Below, one piece after another: positions 46,692-55,756 of a stretch of DNA of 64,000 nucleotides; within the stretch, counting starts at the first letter, position 1, and each line of letters opens with the position of its first letter. The stretch spans positions 76,674 to 140,673 of the forward strand of contig CAVVFK010000001.1 in the NCBI GenBank assembly GCA_963747435.1, given 5' to 3'. Origin of the DNA: an uncultured Actinomycetota bacterium (GTDB lineage: Bacteria; Actinomycetota; Actinomycetes; Propionibacteriales; Nocardioidaceae). The position numbers and the translations under genes were made by a program. The notes under the pieces are model-generated. The model had not been told where the DNA came from. It ran no database searches and saw only the letters and a program-made list of their open reading frames with translations.

Positions 46692-47402
46692 TCAGCCGAG
46701 GGAGTTGAAGACCTCGGGGTCGACCTCGATCCACACGTGGTCGGCGTGGGCGACCAGGTCGCCCTCGGCGTCGTACAGCTCGCTGCGGGTGAGCGCCTTG
46801 CGGCCCTGGCGCTCCACCTCGGTGCCCACCACCACGTAGGTCTCCCCGGAGGTCGGGAGCCGCAGCAGCTCCGCGGTCATCTGGCCCAGCACCATCGGCC
46901 GGTTCTCGATGTCGGAGGACCACCCGCCGACGCAGTCCAGGGCCGCCCAGGTCGTCGGGACGTCGACGGTGTGGGCGTGCCAGGGTGCCGCCACGCGGCC
47001 GTCCGGGAGCCGACCCGGGAAGATCCGCAGACCATCGCCCTCCTCCCGCTCGGGTCCACAGGACAGGCAGGTGGGGAAGGGGTGACTGGTGAACCCGGGA
47101 TAGGAGGCCGAGGCCTCGCGGGCGGTGGTCAGGTCGACCGGGTGCCGCTCAGCGTCGGGATGCTCCCGCAGCTGTCCGGGACCCGCGGTGGCGACGGTTG
47201 CGCCGTCGCGATCCAGCTCGAGCCCGTCGCCGGTCGGCGTGACCGACAGCTCGGTCTCCAGAGGCGGCGGGAGCATCAGCCGGACCGCCACCGGCCCGTC
47301 CACCTGGTCCGCGAGCAGCTGGGCGAGCGCCCCGGCCGTCCAGCCGCCGTTGCCGGAGCTTCGGGGGCCGTTGCACCGCGACGGCACGCTCAGCGTCCTC
47401 AT
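46692..47402 (-). CDS. Hotdog-fold (thioesterase-like) protein
   Basis: ATG at 47402, in an ATGA overlap with the upstream gene. The 236-aa protein has a CxxC (PTCLSCGPE) followed by a hotdog-like C-terminus. The assignment is tentative. Confidence 0.55.
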   Translation of the reverse strand: MRTLSVPSRCNGPRSSGNGGWTAGALAQLLADQVDGPVAVRLMLPPPLETELSVTPTGDGLELDRDGATVATAGPGQLREHPDAERHPVDLTTAREASASYPGFTSHPFPTCLSCGPEREEGDGLRIFPGRLPDGRVAAPWHAHTVDVPTTWAALDCVGGWSSDIENRPMVLGQMTAELLRLPTSGETYVVVGTEVERQGRKALTRSELYDAEGDLVAHADHVWIEVDPEVFNSLG

Positions 47403-47878
47403 GACTGCTCCGGTGACCGGGACTGCCACACCTCGTAGGCGCTCCCGACCTTGAAGCTCCAGCCCGGCGCGCTCGACATCGTCCAGCTCGACTCGTAGGT
47501 GCGCTCGTAGCCGACGTGGCTGAACCGCCAGCCGTCCGCAGTGCGGACGCACCGGTCGCGGTAGAGCGCCGCCCCCTCGATGGCCACGTCGTAGGCCGGG
47601 ACGAAGACCTTGTCGTGGAGGTACCAGATCGCGGTCGCGGTGTCGCCGGAGACCTCGATCTCTGGATGGTGCGCCTGGTGCAGCGTGATCATGTCGGGTC
47701 CGAGGTTCTCGCGCATGTAACCGACCAGCTCCTCGCGGGAGCCGAAGTCGAGCCCGGCGTAGGCGCCGGTCGCCTCCGACACGAAGAGCGAGGTGAACTC
47801 CTCCCACAGCTTCAGGTCGAGGCTGCGCAGGTAGGCGTACTTGAGGGTCTTGACGGCCTCGACATCGGCGCTGCTCAT
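47399..47878 (-). CDS. SnoaL/NTF2-like fold protein
   Basis: ATG at 47878. MSSADVEAVKTLKYAYLRSLDLKLWEEF...WRFSHVGYERTY is typical of SnoaL_4-type proteins. Confidence 0.65.
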   Translation of the reverse strand: MSSADVEAVKTLKYAYLRSLDLKLWEEFTSLFVSEATGAYAGLDFGSREELVGYMRENLGPDMITLHQAHHPEIEVSGDTATAIWYLHDKVFVPAYDVAIEGAALYRDRCVRTADGWRFSHVGYERTYESSWTMSSAPGWSFKVGSAYEVWQSRSPEQS

Positions 47879-47956
47879 CAGCCCACGGTAGCCGCGACCG
47901 CCCGGGGGCTCGGGCACGCTGCCGGTCCGGTCCTGGAGGCCCTCTATCCTGGCCCC

Positions 47957-48256
47957 GTGATCTTCAAGCGAGTGGGGGCCGAGCGTCCCTACCCCGACCA
48001 CCAGACCTCGGGTGAGGCGTGGACGGAGATCACCCCGGAGCAGGTCAAGCTCTCCGACCTGGTGACGACCAAGGACACGCTCCACCTCGAGGCCCTCCTC
48101 GACGAGGACTCCACCTTCTTCGGCGACCTGTTCGCCCACGTCGTGCGGTGGCGCGGGGAGCTCTACCTCGAGGACGGTCTGCACCGCGCCGTCCGCGCCG
48201 CCCTGCAGCAGCGCGCCGTCCTGCACGCCCGCATCCTCGAGCTGGGGGACCAGTGA
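47957..48256 (+). CDS. Small conserved hypothetical protein with ParB/Srx-like EDGLHR motif
   Basis: The C-terminal part of track ORF 47516..48256 has real protein composition (TEITPEQVKLSDLVTTKDTLHLEALLDEDSTFFGDLFAHVVRWRGELYLEDGLHRA). The start is uncertain (GTG at 47957 or 47972). A GTGA overlap links it to the next gene. Confidence 0.5.
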   Translation: MIFKRVGAERPYPDHQTSGEAWTEITPEQVKLSDLVTTKDTLHLEALLDEDSTFFGDLFAHVVRWRGELYLEDGLHRAVRAALQQRAVLHARILELGDQ

Positions 48257-48768
48257 GCACCGCGCGGGAGGACCGGCGTCACCTGAGCGCGATCACGCTG
48301 CTGACGCTGCTGGCGGTCCTGGTGGTCTTCGGGCTCATCGGGTGGAACCAGCTCAGCGCCCCCGGCCCCTGGGACAGCGACGCGGCGGCCAGCGAGGACT
48401 GCATCCCCGGCCTGGCGAAGGGCGACCTCGTGCGCACCACCGACGTCACCATCAGCGTCTACAACGCGGGGAGCCGCTCGGGCCTGGCGAGCCAGACCCA
48501 GGAGCAGCTGACCTCCCGGGGCTTCATCGCCGGCGACATCGGCAACGCCCCCGAGGACCTGGAGAAGGTCAAGAAGGCCACGGTGCTGGCGCCCAGCAAG
48601 GACGACCCGGCCGCCTCGCTCGTCGCGCGTCAGTTCGGCGCCAAGCTGAAGCCCACCAAGCACGAGGACATCGGGGCCGGGGTCGAGGTCGTCGTCGGCG
48701 ACAAGTTCACCGGCCTGGTCAAGGCTCCCCGCCGGATCCGCGCGAAGGTGTCGGGCTCGGGCTGCTGA
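48253..48768 (+). CDS. LytR C-terminal domain-containing membrane protein
   Basis: GTG at 48253. One TM segment (ITLLTLLAVLVVFGLIGW) is followed by VSVYNAGSRSGLASQTQEQLTSRGF, a LytR_C pattern. Confidence 0.7.
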   Translation: MSTAREDRRHLSAITLLTLLAVLVVFGLIGWNQLSAPGPWDSDAAASEDCIPGLAKGDLVRTTDVTISVYNAGSRSGLASQTQEQLTSRGFIAGDIGNAPEDLEKVKKATVLAPSKDDPAASLVARQFGAKLKPTKHEDIGAGVEVVVGDKFTGLVKAPRRIRAKVSGSGC

Positions 48769-48794
48769 GGCCCTGCACCCCCGGCTCCTGGTGA

Positions 48795-50288
48795 CTAGGA
48801 GAGCCAGTGGGCCAGCCGGCCCTTGAGCGAGACCGCTCGGAGCCGGTCCTCGGTGGCGATGCGGTCCTCTCGAGGCGTCACCACGAGCAGCTCGTCACCG
48901 CGGCGCAGCACCGTGCGGGCACCCGGCACGACGGTCGCTCCGTCACGCACGATCAAGGTCACCGAGGCTCCCACCGGCAGCCGCAGCTCGCCCACCTCCA
49001 CACCGTGGATCCGTGATCGGCGGGTCACCCGGATCTGGAGCAGGTCGACGGCGATCCGCTCCAGCGGCGCAGCCTCGATCTCCAGATCGCGCAGGTGTCC
49101 TGGTTGGAGCAGTCCCAGCCGTTGCGCGAGCAGCGGCAGCGTGGGGGCGGTCACGAGGGTGTCGATGACCACGAGCACGAAGACGACGTCGAAGAGGGTC
49201 TGGGCACCGTCCACCTCCGCGGCCAGCGGGATCGTGGCCAGCACGATCGGCACGGCGCCGCGCAGGCCGGCCCAGGACAAGAAGGTCAGGTCCTGCCACG
49301 GCAGCCGCTGCCAGCCGATGCTGACCGCCACGGAGATCGGGCGCGCCACCAGCGAGAGCACCACCCCGGCGACGACGGCGATCCGCACCGTCTCGGTCGT
49401 GACGTCCTCGGGTGAGATCAGCAGGCCCAGCATCACGAACAGACCGATCTGGGAGAGCCACCCGAGGCCCTCGACGAAGGACCGCGTCGCGGTGCGGTGC
49501 GGGAGCTCGGCGTTGCCCAGGACCAGCGCCGCGACGTAGACCGCGGCGAACCCGGATGCGTGCGCGGCGGCCGCGGCGCTGGAGTAGGCCAGCACGCACA
49601 GGGAGACGACGGTCAGCGGGTAGAGCCCCGAGCTGGGCAGCGCTGCGCGGGCCATCGCCCAGGCACCGGCGAACCCCACCGCCAGCCCGATCAGGGCTCC
49701 GGCGAGCAGCTCGTAGCCCACGAGGCCGGCCACCTGCCACCACGGGTGGTCGAACAGCGTGCCCTCACTGGCTGCGACGACGAGCAGGACGGTGGGGGCG
49801 TCGTTGAGGCCCGACTCGGCCTCGAGCTGGCCGGCAAGGCGGCGTGGGAGCGGCACCTTGCGCAGCACGCTGAAGACGGCGGCGGCATCGGTGGGCGCGG
49901 TGATGGCGGCCAGCAGGAAGGCCAGCTGCCAGCGGATGTCGAGCACGTGGTGGGCGAAGAGCGCCATCACCGTGATCGAGGCGAGCACCCCGACGGTGGC
50001 CAGCAACACTCCGCTGCTCATCGCCGGGCGCAGCTCGGTCCAGGAGGTGGTGATCCCGCCCTCGGTCAGGATCACCATGAGCGCCGCGAAGGCGAGCGCA
50101 TGAGCCGCGCTGGCGTCGTCGAAGCCCAGGCCGAGTGCGGACAGGGCGACACCGATCAGCAGGTAGAACAGGAGGCTGGGGAGACCCACGCGGACCGAGA
50201 CCCGCACCGCCAGCACCGCGACCAGCACGAGCGCAGAGGCAGCCAGCAGGCTCAGGTCGAGCTGGTGGACGTCGAAGGTCACCGGCAA
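48795..50288 (-). CDS. K+/H+ (cation:proton) antiporter with C-terminal TrkA-C domain
   Basis: 497 aa. It is polytopic, with ESGLNDAP and a C-terminal RCK_C-like region (GELRLPVGASVTLIVRDG). Confidence 0.85.
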   Translation of the reverse strand: MPVTFDVHQLDLSLLAASALVLVAVLAVRVSVRVGLPSLLFYLLIGVALSALGLGFDDASAAHALAFAALMVILTEGGITTSWTELRPAMSSGVLLATVGVLASITVMALFAHHVLDIRWQLAFLLAAITAPTDAAAVFSVLRKVPLPRRLAGQLEAESGLNDAPTVLLVVAASEGTLFDHPWWQVAGLVGYELLAGALIGLAVGFAGAWAMARAALPSSGLYPLTVVSLCVLAYSSAAAAAHASGFAAVYVAALVLGNAELPHRTATRSFVEGLGWLSQIGLFVMLGLLISPEDVTTETVRIAVVAGVVLSLVARPISVAVSIGWQRLPWQDLTFLSWAGLRGAVPIVLATIPLAAEVDGAQTLFDVVFVLVVIDTLVTAPTLPLLAQRLGLLQPGHLRDLEIEAAPLERIAVDLLQIRVTRRSRIHGVEVGELRLPVGASVTLIVRDGATVVPGARTVLRRGDELLVVTPREDRIATEDRLRAVSLKGRLAHWLS

Positions 50289-50389
50289 CCTCTGGGGATC
50301 CGGGGCGTGCCGGGCGCTGCACGCCTGGGGTCTCGGGCTCCCATCGTAGTGGCCCCGGCTCGCGTCGTGAGCAGGCCTAGGGTGTGCCC

Positions 50390-51595
50390 ATGACGCAGTC
50401 CCCCGGTCTCGGTGAGCTGGGCGAGCTCACCGCGGCGGCGCGGATGCAGGTGGCCTCGCGGGCCGCTGTGCCGCCGTTCCACGTGATGGACCTCCTGGCG
50501 CGGGCCGCAGAGCGACAGCGCACCCACGGGGACCTCGTGAACTTCGTCGCCGGTCAGCCCTCGACACCCGCACCGACCCCGGTGCGAACCGCCGCGGCCG
50601 CTGCCCTGGAGCACGACGTGCTCGGGTACTCCGTCGCCCCGGGCATCCTCGAGCTGCGCGAGGCCATCGCGCAGCACCACCGATCACGCTACGGCGTCGA
50701 GGTCGGCCCTGACGACGTGGTGGTGACCACCGGGTCCTCGGGAGGGTTCCTGCTGGCCTTCCTCGCCGCCTTCGAGGCGGGGGACCGGGTGGCGATGGCT
50801 CGCCCGGGCTATGCCTGCTACCGCAACGTCCTGACCGCGCTGGGGTGTGAGGTGGTCGAGCTCCCGACCGGCCCCGAGACCCGGTTCCAGCCGACCGTGG
50901 AGATGCTCGAGGCGCTGGAGCAACCGGTCCGCGGCCTGGTGGTGGCGAGCCCGGCCAACCCGACCGGCACCATGCTCGTCCCGGCCGAGCTCGCCGCGCT
51001 CGCACGGTGGTGCGAGGAGCACGGCGTGAGGCTGATCAGCGACGAGATCTACCACGGCATCAGCTACGACTCGGCGCCCGCCGCCGCGACGGCCTGGCAG
51101 TGGTCACGCAGCGCGGTGGTGTTCGGGTCCTTCTCGAAGTACTTCTCGATGACCGGGTGGCGGATCGGCTGGATGCTGGCGCCGCCCGACCTGCGCCGAC
51201 CGGTCGAGGTGCTGGCGGGCAACTTCACGATCTGCCCGCCGGTGCTCTCCCAGCACGCCGCCGTCGCGGCCTTCGATGCAGCCTCCTACGCCGAGTGTGA
51301 CGCTCACGTCGAGCGCTACGCCGGCAACCGGACTGCGCTGCTGCACGGGTTGCGCGACCTCGGGTGGACCAGGCTGGCCCCTGCCGACGGCGCGTTCTAC
51401 GTCTATGCGGACCTGCGTGAGGTGACGACGGACGCGATGGCCTTCGCGCTGCGGCTGCTGGCCGACACCGGGGTGGCGCTGACACCGGGGGTGGACTTCG
51501 ACACCGAGGCGGGGCACCACTTCGTCCGGTTGTCCTTCGCCGGCTCGCTCGCCGAGATCGAGGAGGGGCTTCACCGGCTGGCGTCCTGGGTCTAA
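50390..51595 (+). CDS. Pyridoxal phosphate-dependent aminotransferase (class I/II)
   Basis: The SFSKYFSMTGWRIGW motif contains the PLP-binding lysine, and NPTG is present. An alternative GTG start lies at 50384. Confidence 0.85.
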   Translation: MTQSPGLGELGELTAAARMQVASRAAVPPFHVMDLLARAAERQRTHGDLVNFVAGQPSTPAPTPVRTAAAAALEHDVLGYSVAPGILELREAIAQHHRSRYGVEVGPDDVVVTTGSSGGFLLAFLAAFEAGDRVAMARPGYACYRNVLTALGCEVVELPTGPETRFQPTVEMLEALEQPVRGLVVASPANPTGTMLVPAELAALARWCEEHGVRLISDEIYHGISYDSAPAAATAWQWSRSAVVFGSFSKYFSMTGWRIGWMLAPPDLRRPVEVLAGNFTICPPVLSQHAAVAAFDAASYAECDAHVERYAGNRTALLHGLRDLGWTRLAPADGAFYVYADLREVTTDAMAFALRLLADTGVALTPGVDFDTEAGHHFVRLSFAGSLAEIEEGLHRLASWV

Positions 51596-52067
51596 GGTCC
51601 TGAATCAGACTTTTTACGCATTTAAGACTAGTTCTCCGGCGAATCGGGCGCCGGAAACGGCAGACTAGACCTCAGGCAAGGACGCCAGATCCCTGCCAAG
51701 GGGTCCTCGTCCTGTCTCCCAACCCTGCCGTGAGGCGGCGTTCGGGATGAGGCACACCGGCGCGGTATGACGGCTCGTTCGCGTGGGGCTTACGGGTCGC
51801 GATGTCAGGTGGAGACCGCGTTGACGAGGCGCCCCGGGCGATATCCCCGCCCGGGGCGTCTTCGTGCGTCAGCCGACAGGTCAGCACCCGAGCCACCCGC
51901 TCGGACCTGTGGCCCGGAGTTTTCTGGGACCTCGGTCCCGCAGCACCTGAGACTTCACTCCCGAACCGACTCTCCGTTTGTCCGTTTCATACCGTTTCTT
52001 CTGGTTTTGCCGTGCTGTCGCCGCCAGGGTGGTGGTCATCGGGAGCTGGGAAGCCAAGGGAGAGCAC

Positions 52068-53051
52068 ATGAACATCAGCCGGGCGCTGCAGATGGCCGCG
52101 GTGGGCGCGATGGTCGCCATCGTCACCGGTGTTGGCGCCACCCCGGCGATGGCAGCCCCCCAGGACCACGGCTCCTCGGCATCCCAGGTGCGCGGCAAGT
52201 CCGGCTCGGACCCCGACGGCGACCACAACGGCGGCGCCGACAAGCCCGGCAGCTCCGAGAAGCCCGGCGCCACCACCCGCGACGGCAACAACGGCAGCGG
52301 CAACGACGCCGACTGCGAGGACGACAACAACGGTCGCGGCACCCCCGGCCACTGCGGCTCGAGCAAGCCCGCCAAGCCCGCCGCGCAGCCGAGGCCGGAG
52401 AGGCCCGCGGTCCCGACCAAGCCGAGCAAGCCGGCCCAGCCGAACGAGCCCGCCGCTGGGACCGGCGGCCAGGGCGACGACAGGGGCCGCTCCGGCTCGG
52501 ACCCCGACGGCGGCCAGAACGGCGGCGCCGACAAGCCCGGCACCTCCGAGAAGCCGGGGAGCTCCGAGAAGCCGGGGAGCTCCGAGAAGCCCGGCGCCAC
52601 CACCCACGACGGCAACAACGGCAGCGGCAACGACGCCGACTGCGAGGACGACAACAACGGTCGCGGCACCCCCGGCCACTGCGGCTCGAGCAAGCCCGCC
52701 AAGCCCGGCACGCCGCAGACGCCCGGCGAGGAGGAGCGCCCGGTCTCGGTGAGCGACCCGCGCTGGCCCTCGGAGCCCGGTCGACCCTCCGCTCCGGAGG
52801 TGCTCGGCACCGAGCAGACCGCCCCGACGAGCACGACCGGGCGCTCGCCGCACCACGCGGGGCACCACAAGGACGCGAAGCAGGCCGAGGTGCTGGGGGT
52901 GAGCGCGAACCGCAGCGGGGTGATGGCCGCAGCGACCGGCGTCCTCCCCGAGACCGGGGCAGGACAGGCACTGCTCGCCACGGCGGTCCTCGGCGGACTC
53001 TGCTCCGCCGCAGGGCTGCTGCTGATCAGGATCCGAAGGGCAACGGCCTGA
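52068..53051 (+). CDS. LPXTG cell-wall-anchored repeat protein
   Basis: ATG at 52068 after AAGGGAGAG. The signal peptide is MNISRALQMAAVGAMVAIVTGVGATPAMA. Two ~60-70-aa repeats are followed by LPETG, a hydrophobic segment and an RIRRATA tail. Confidence 0.85.
   Translation: MNISRALQMAAVGAMVAIVTGVGATPAMAAPQDHGSSASQVRGKSGSDPDGDHNGGADKPGSSEKPGATTRDGNNGSGNDADCEDDNNGRGTPGHCGSSKPAKPAAQPRPERPAVPTKPSKPAQPNEPAAGTGGQGDDRGRSGSDPDGGQNGGADKPGTSEKPGSSEKPGSSEKPGATTHDGNNGSGNDADCEDDNNGRGTPGHCGSSKPAKPGTPQTPGEEERPVSVSDPRWPSEPGRPSAPEVLGTEQTAPTSTTGRSPHHAGHHKDAKQAEVLGVSANRSGVMAAATGVLPETGAGQALLATAVLGGLCSAAGLLLIRIRRATA
52200..52706 (+). repeat. Internal coding duplication (52200-52379 and 52491-52706) with an 18-nt tandem unit
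   Basis: A 99-nt stretch is identical at 52281-52379 and 52608-52706. The unit GAGAAGCC(G/C)GG(G/C)(A/G)(G/C)C(T/A)CC (EKPGSS) occurs three times in tandem at ~52548-52601. Confidence 0.85.
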
Positions 53052-53072
53052 TCAGCTCCTCCCAGGGGGTGT

Positions 53073-53110
53073 CACGTCCGCGGCTGCTGGGGCCGCGGAC
53101 GTGGCATTTT
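53073..53110 (+). terminator. Rho-independent terminator after the LPXTG gene
   Basis: 12-bp stem CACGTCCGCGGC / GCCGCGGACGTG followed by GCATTTT. Confidence 0.7.
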
Positions 53111-53143
53111 CCTCCGGCGCGGACCAGGTCCGCGAGCAACGAA

Positions 53144-53233
53144 TGGCGGTGGCGGAGGGATTTGAACCCTCGGTGGGCTTTCACCCACAAACGCTTTCGA
53201 GGCGTTCTCCTTAGGCCGCTCGGACACGCCACC
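53144..53233 (-). tRNA. tRNA-Ser (anticodon CGA)
   Basis: I folded this by hand. The acceptor stem is GGTGGCG/CGCCACC. The anticodon arm is AACGC-CTCGAAA-GCGTT. There is a long variable arm TGTGGGTGAAAGCCCACC, a T-arm GAGGG-TTCAAAT-CCCTC, discriminator G and an encoded CCA. Total length is 90 nt. Confidence 0.9.
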
Positions 53234-53264
53234 GCCGACGAGGGTACTAGAGGCAGACCTGGGC

Positions 53265-53765
53265 TCAGTAATCGAGGGCGTCGGCTCCGCCTGCGGTGCG
53301 GTGGTCGGCGAAGAAGGTCAGCAGCCGCTCGGAGCACTCCTCCTGCAGCACCCCGCCGACCACCTCGGGCCGATGGTTGACCCGCCGGTCGCGCAGCAGG
53401 TCCCACACCGAGCCGACGGCGCCGGCCTTGGGGTCGAAGGCGCCGAAGACCAGGCGCTCGACGCGCGAGAGCGCGATCGCGCCGGCGCACATCGCGCACG
53501 GCTCGAGGGTCACCACCAGCGTGCAGCCCGTGAGCCGCCACTCGCCGCGCCCCGCGCCTGCCTCGCGCAGCGCCACCACCTCGGCGTGTGCGGTCGGGTC
53601 GTGGTCGAGCTCGCGGCGGTTGCAGCCCCGTCCGACCACGATCCCGTCAGGGTCCACCACGACCGCGCCCACCGGGACGTCGGCGCCTGCCTGCTCGGCG
53701 TGGTGCAGGGCCTCACGCATGGCGGGCTCCCAGCGGCGCGCCTGGATCGGCGGGGTGGGGCTCAC
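53265..53765 (-). CDS. tadA: tRNA adenosine(34) deaminase
   Basis: Zinc-binding motifs HAEVVAL and PCAMCAG are present in a 166-aa protein. Confidence 0.9.
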   Translation of the reverse strand: MSPTPPIQARRWEPAMREALHHAEQAGADVPVGAVVVDPDGIVVGRGCNRRELDHDPTAHAEVVALREAGAGRGEWRLTGCTLVVTLEPCAMCAGAIALSRVERLVFGAFDPKAGAVGSVWDLLRDRRVNHRPEVVGGVLQEECSERLLTFFADHRTAGGADALDY

Positions 53766-53780
53766 GACCGGGACAGTGAT

Positions 53781-54278
53781 TCAGGCGCTCACGCCGACGG
53801 CGTCGTCGTACAGCGATCCGAAGCCGAGCTTCTGGGCGATGATGCCCAGCAGCTCGTCGGGGTAGAGGTCCTCGTCGTCGAGCAGGGCACCCATGTCCAT
53901 CGCGGGCACCCCCAGGTCGGCCACGATCGCCAGGTCGCCGGCGGGCTCGGGGTCGTCCTCCTCGTCGGGCATCGGCAGCCCGAGGGTCTCCACCACCGAG
54001 CGCGCGAGCGGCCACTCGGTCGCCGCGGTGACGTCGGAGAGCAGCAGCCGCACCCGCGGCCCGGCAACCCGCGCCATGACGAAGAAGTCCTCGTCGATCG
54101 AGATCAAGCCCAGGGAGCCGAAGTCCCCCGGCCACCGGCGCAGGTCGGCCGCCAGGCTCTCGACGTCGTGGAGCCGGTCCTCGTCGATCTCCTCGACCCG
54201 CCAGACGTTCTCCTCGCGGTAGACGGCCAGGGCGAAGTCGACGCCGTCGACGTCATCCTCATCAGGCCCGTTCGGCAT
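53781..54278 (-). CDS. tRNA adenosine deaminase-associated acidic protein
   Basis: Acidic 165-aa protein immediately upstream of tadA. This is a conserved actinobacterial pairing (from memory). Confidence 0.65.
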   Translation of the reverse strand: MPNGPDEDDVDGVDFALAVYREENVWRVEEIDEDRLHDVESLAADLRRWPGDFGSLGLISIDEDFFVMARVAGPRVRLLLSDVTAATEWPLARSVVETLGLPMPDEEDDPEPAGDLAIVADLGVPAMDMGALLDDEDLYPDELLGIIAQKLGFGSLYDDAVGVSA

Positions 54279-54402
54279 GGTCGCCTCACTTCTTCCGTGC
54301 GCTCAGTGGCTGGCTCGACGATCATGACACCGAGGGCCACACGGCCACCAGGGAGAAGCCGCCGCAATCGCTGTCGACATCGCCGTTGGCTACGGTGACG
54401 CC

Positions 54403-55044
54403 ATGCGCGTGCACGTGGTCGACCACCCCCTCGTCTCACACAAGCTCACCGCACTGCGCGACGAGCGCACCGACTCGGCCACGTTCCGACGCCTGGCCGA
54501 CGAGCTGGTGACGCTGCTGGCCTACGAGGCCACCCGCGAGGTCCGGGTGCAGGACACCACCGTCGCCACGCCCGTGGCTCCCGCCCATGGCGTCCGACTG
54601 GCCGAGCCGATGCCGCTGGTCGTGCCGATCCTGCGTGCCGGCCTGGGCATGCTGGAGGGGATGGTGCGGCTGCTCCCCACCGCCGAGGTCGGCTTCCTCG
54701 GCATGGTGCGCAACGAGGACACCCTCGAGGCGGCGACGTACGCCGAGCGGCTCCCCTCCGACCTCTCAGGGCGCCAGTGCTACGTCTTGGACCCGATGCT
54801 GGCGACCGGCGGCACGCTCGCCGCGGCGATCCGCTTCCTGGCCGACCGCGGCGCCGACCACGTGACCGCGATCTGTCTGCTCAGCGCACCCGAGGGCTGC
54901 GAGCGGGTCGAGCGCGAGCTCGACGACCTCGGCGTTCCGGTCACGATCGTGACCGCGGCGATGGACCAGGAGCTCAACGAGAAGGGCTACATCGTCCCGG
55001 GGCTGGGCGACGCGGGCGACCGCCTGTACGGCGTCGCCCACTGA
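54403..55044 (+). CDS. upp: Uracil phosphoribosyltransferase
   Basis: [20 protein letters not shown]...[11 protein letters not shown]...[15 protein letters not shown]. Confidence 0.9.
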   Translation: MRVHVVDHPLVSHKLTALRDERTDSATFRRLADELVTLLAYEATREVRVQDTTVATPVAPAHGVRLAEPMPLVVPILRAGLGMLEGMVRLLPTAEVGFLGMVRNEDTLEAATYAERLPSDLSGRQCYVLDPMLATGGTLAAAIRFLADRGADHVTAICLLSAPEGCERVERELDDLGVPVTIVTAAMDQELNEKGYIVPGLGDAGDRLYGVAH

Positions 55045-55065
55045 CCCGCACAAGACCGGGGTCGG

Positions 55066-55755
55066 GTGCACCTTCGCGCAGAAGTTCGGTCTTCAGTGGA
55101 AATGCGCGCGATGCGCGTTCACATCCGCGCACAAGTTGGAGCTTCGACGTCGCCGGGGGCGCCCCCGCCACGGATCGACGACGTCCTCGTCACCGGCCCG
55201 GAGCGCACGTTCGTCGACCTCACCGCTCACCTGGCCCTCGTCGACCACGTGGTGCTCGGCGACTGGCTGGTCCAGCGCGGCATGGTGAGCCCCGCTCGCT
55301 TGGTCAGCTACTGCCGGCGCTGCCGCGTCCGACGGGCGGCAGACGCAGCCACCGCGGCACAGTTCGTGCGCGCCCGGGTGGAGTCGCCACAGGAGACCCG
55401 GCTCCGCATGCTCCTGGTGCTGGCAGGTCTGCCCGAGCCCGAGGTCAACGGCGAGGTGCGCGACACCGGCGGAGGATTCGTGGCTCGGCTCGACCACCTC
55501 TACCGCGAGGTGCGGCTGGGGGTGGAGTACGACGGGCGACACCATGCGACCGACTCCAGCCAGTGGGAGCGGGACGTCGTGCGGCGCGGTCGGCTCGAGG
55601 ACCTGGGGTGGCGGCTCATCGTCGTGACGGCGAACCAGCTCCACCGACACCCGCAGCAAGTCCTCGACCAGGTCGTCCACTCGCTGCGGGAGCGCGGCTT
55701 CGGGCCTCTGCCACCTCCGACCGACGACTGGCGGGCGCACTTCTCAGGTCGATGA
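55066..55755 (+). CDS. DUF559 (Vsr-like endonuclease fold) domain protein, apparently lacking the usual N-terminal domain
   Basis: The C-terminus RLGVEYDGRHHATDSSQWERDVVRRGRLEDLGWRLIVVT is a DUF559 pattern. The first ~35 residues are low-confidence, so this may be a 5'-truncated remnant. Confidence 0.6.
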   Translation: MHLRAEVRSSVEMRAMRVHIRAQVGASTSPGAPPPRIDDVLVTGPERTFVDLTAHLALVDHVVLGDWLVQRGMVSPARLVSYCRRCRVRRAADAATAAQFVRARVESPQETRLRMLLVLAGLPEPEVNGEVRDTGGGFVARLDHLYREVRLGVEYDGRHHATDSSQWERDVVRRGRLEDLGWRLIVVTANQLHRHPQQVLDQVVHSLRERGFGPLPPPTDDWRAHFSGR

Positions 55756-55756
55756 G

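Noticed and set aside
51640-51915. Assignment of the leader to the ydaO (c-di-AMP) or GEMM (c-di-GMP) riboswitch classes.
   Set aside because: I saw only fragments (CCGACAG..CAGC, GGCAAGGACGCCAGAUCC) that loosely resemble conserved blocks. The hallmark GGGGACCCA / GGGUGAAUCC or ACGCAAAGCC elements are absent. This needs a covariance-model search.
52548-52601. Short tandem repeats that could be mistaken for a CRISPR-like or minisatellite array.
   Set aside because: They are in-frame 18-nt coding repeats (EKPGSS) with no spacers, inside a well-supported LPXTG gene.
51596-53233. A possible genomic island integrated at tRNA-Ser, consisting of the AT-rich leader and the surface-protein gene.
   Set aside because: There is no integrase, and I could not find a direct repeat of the tRNA 3' end near 51600. 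The LPXTG gene has normal GC content. This remains possible but is unsupported.
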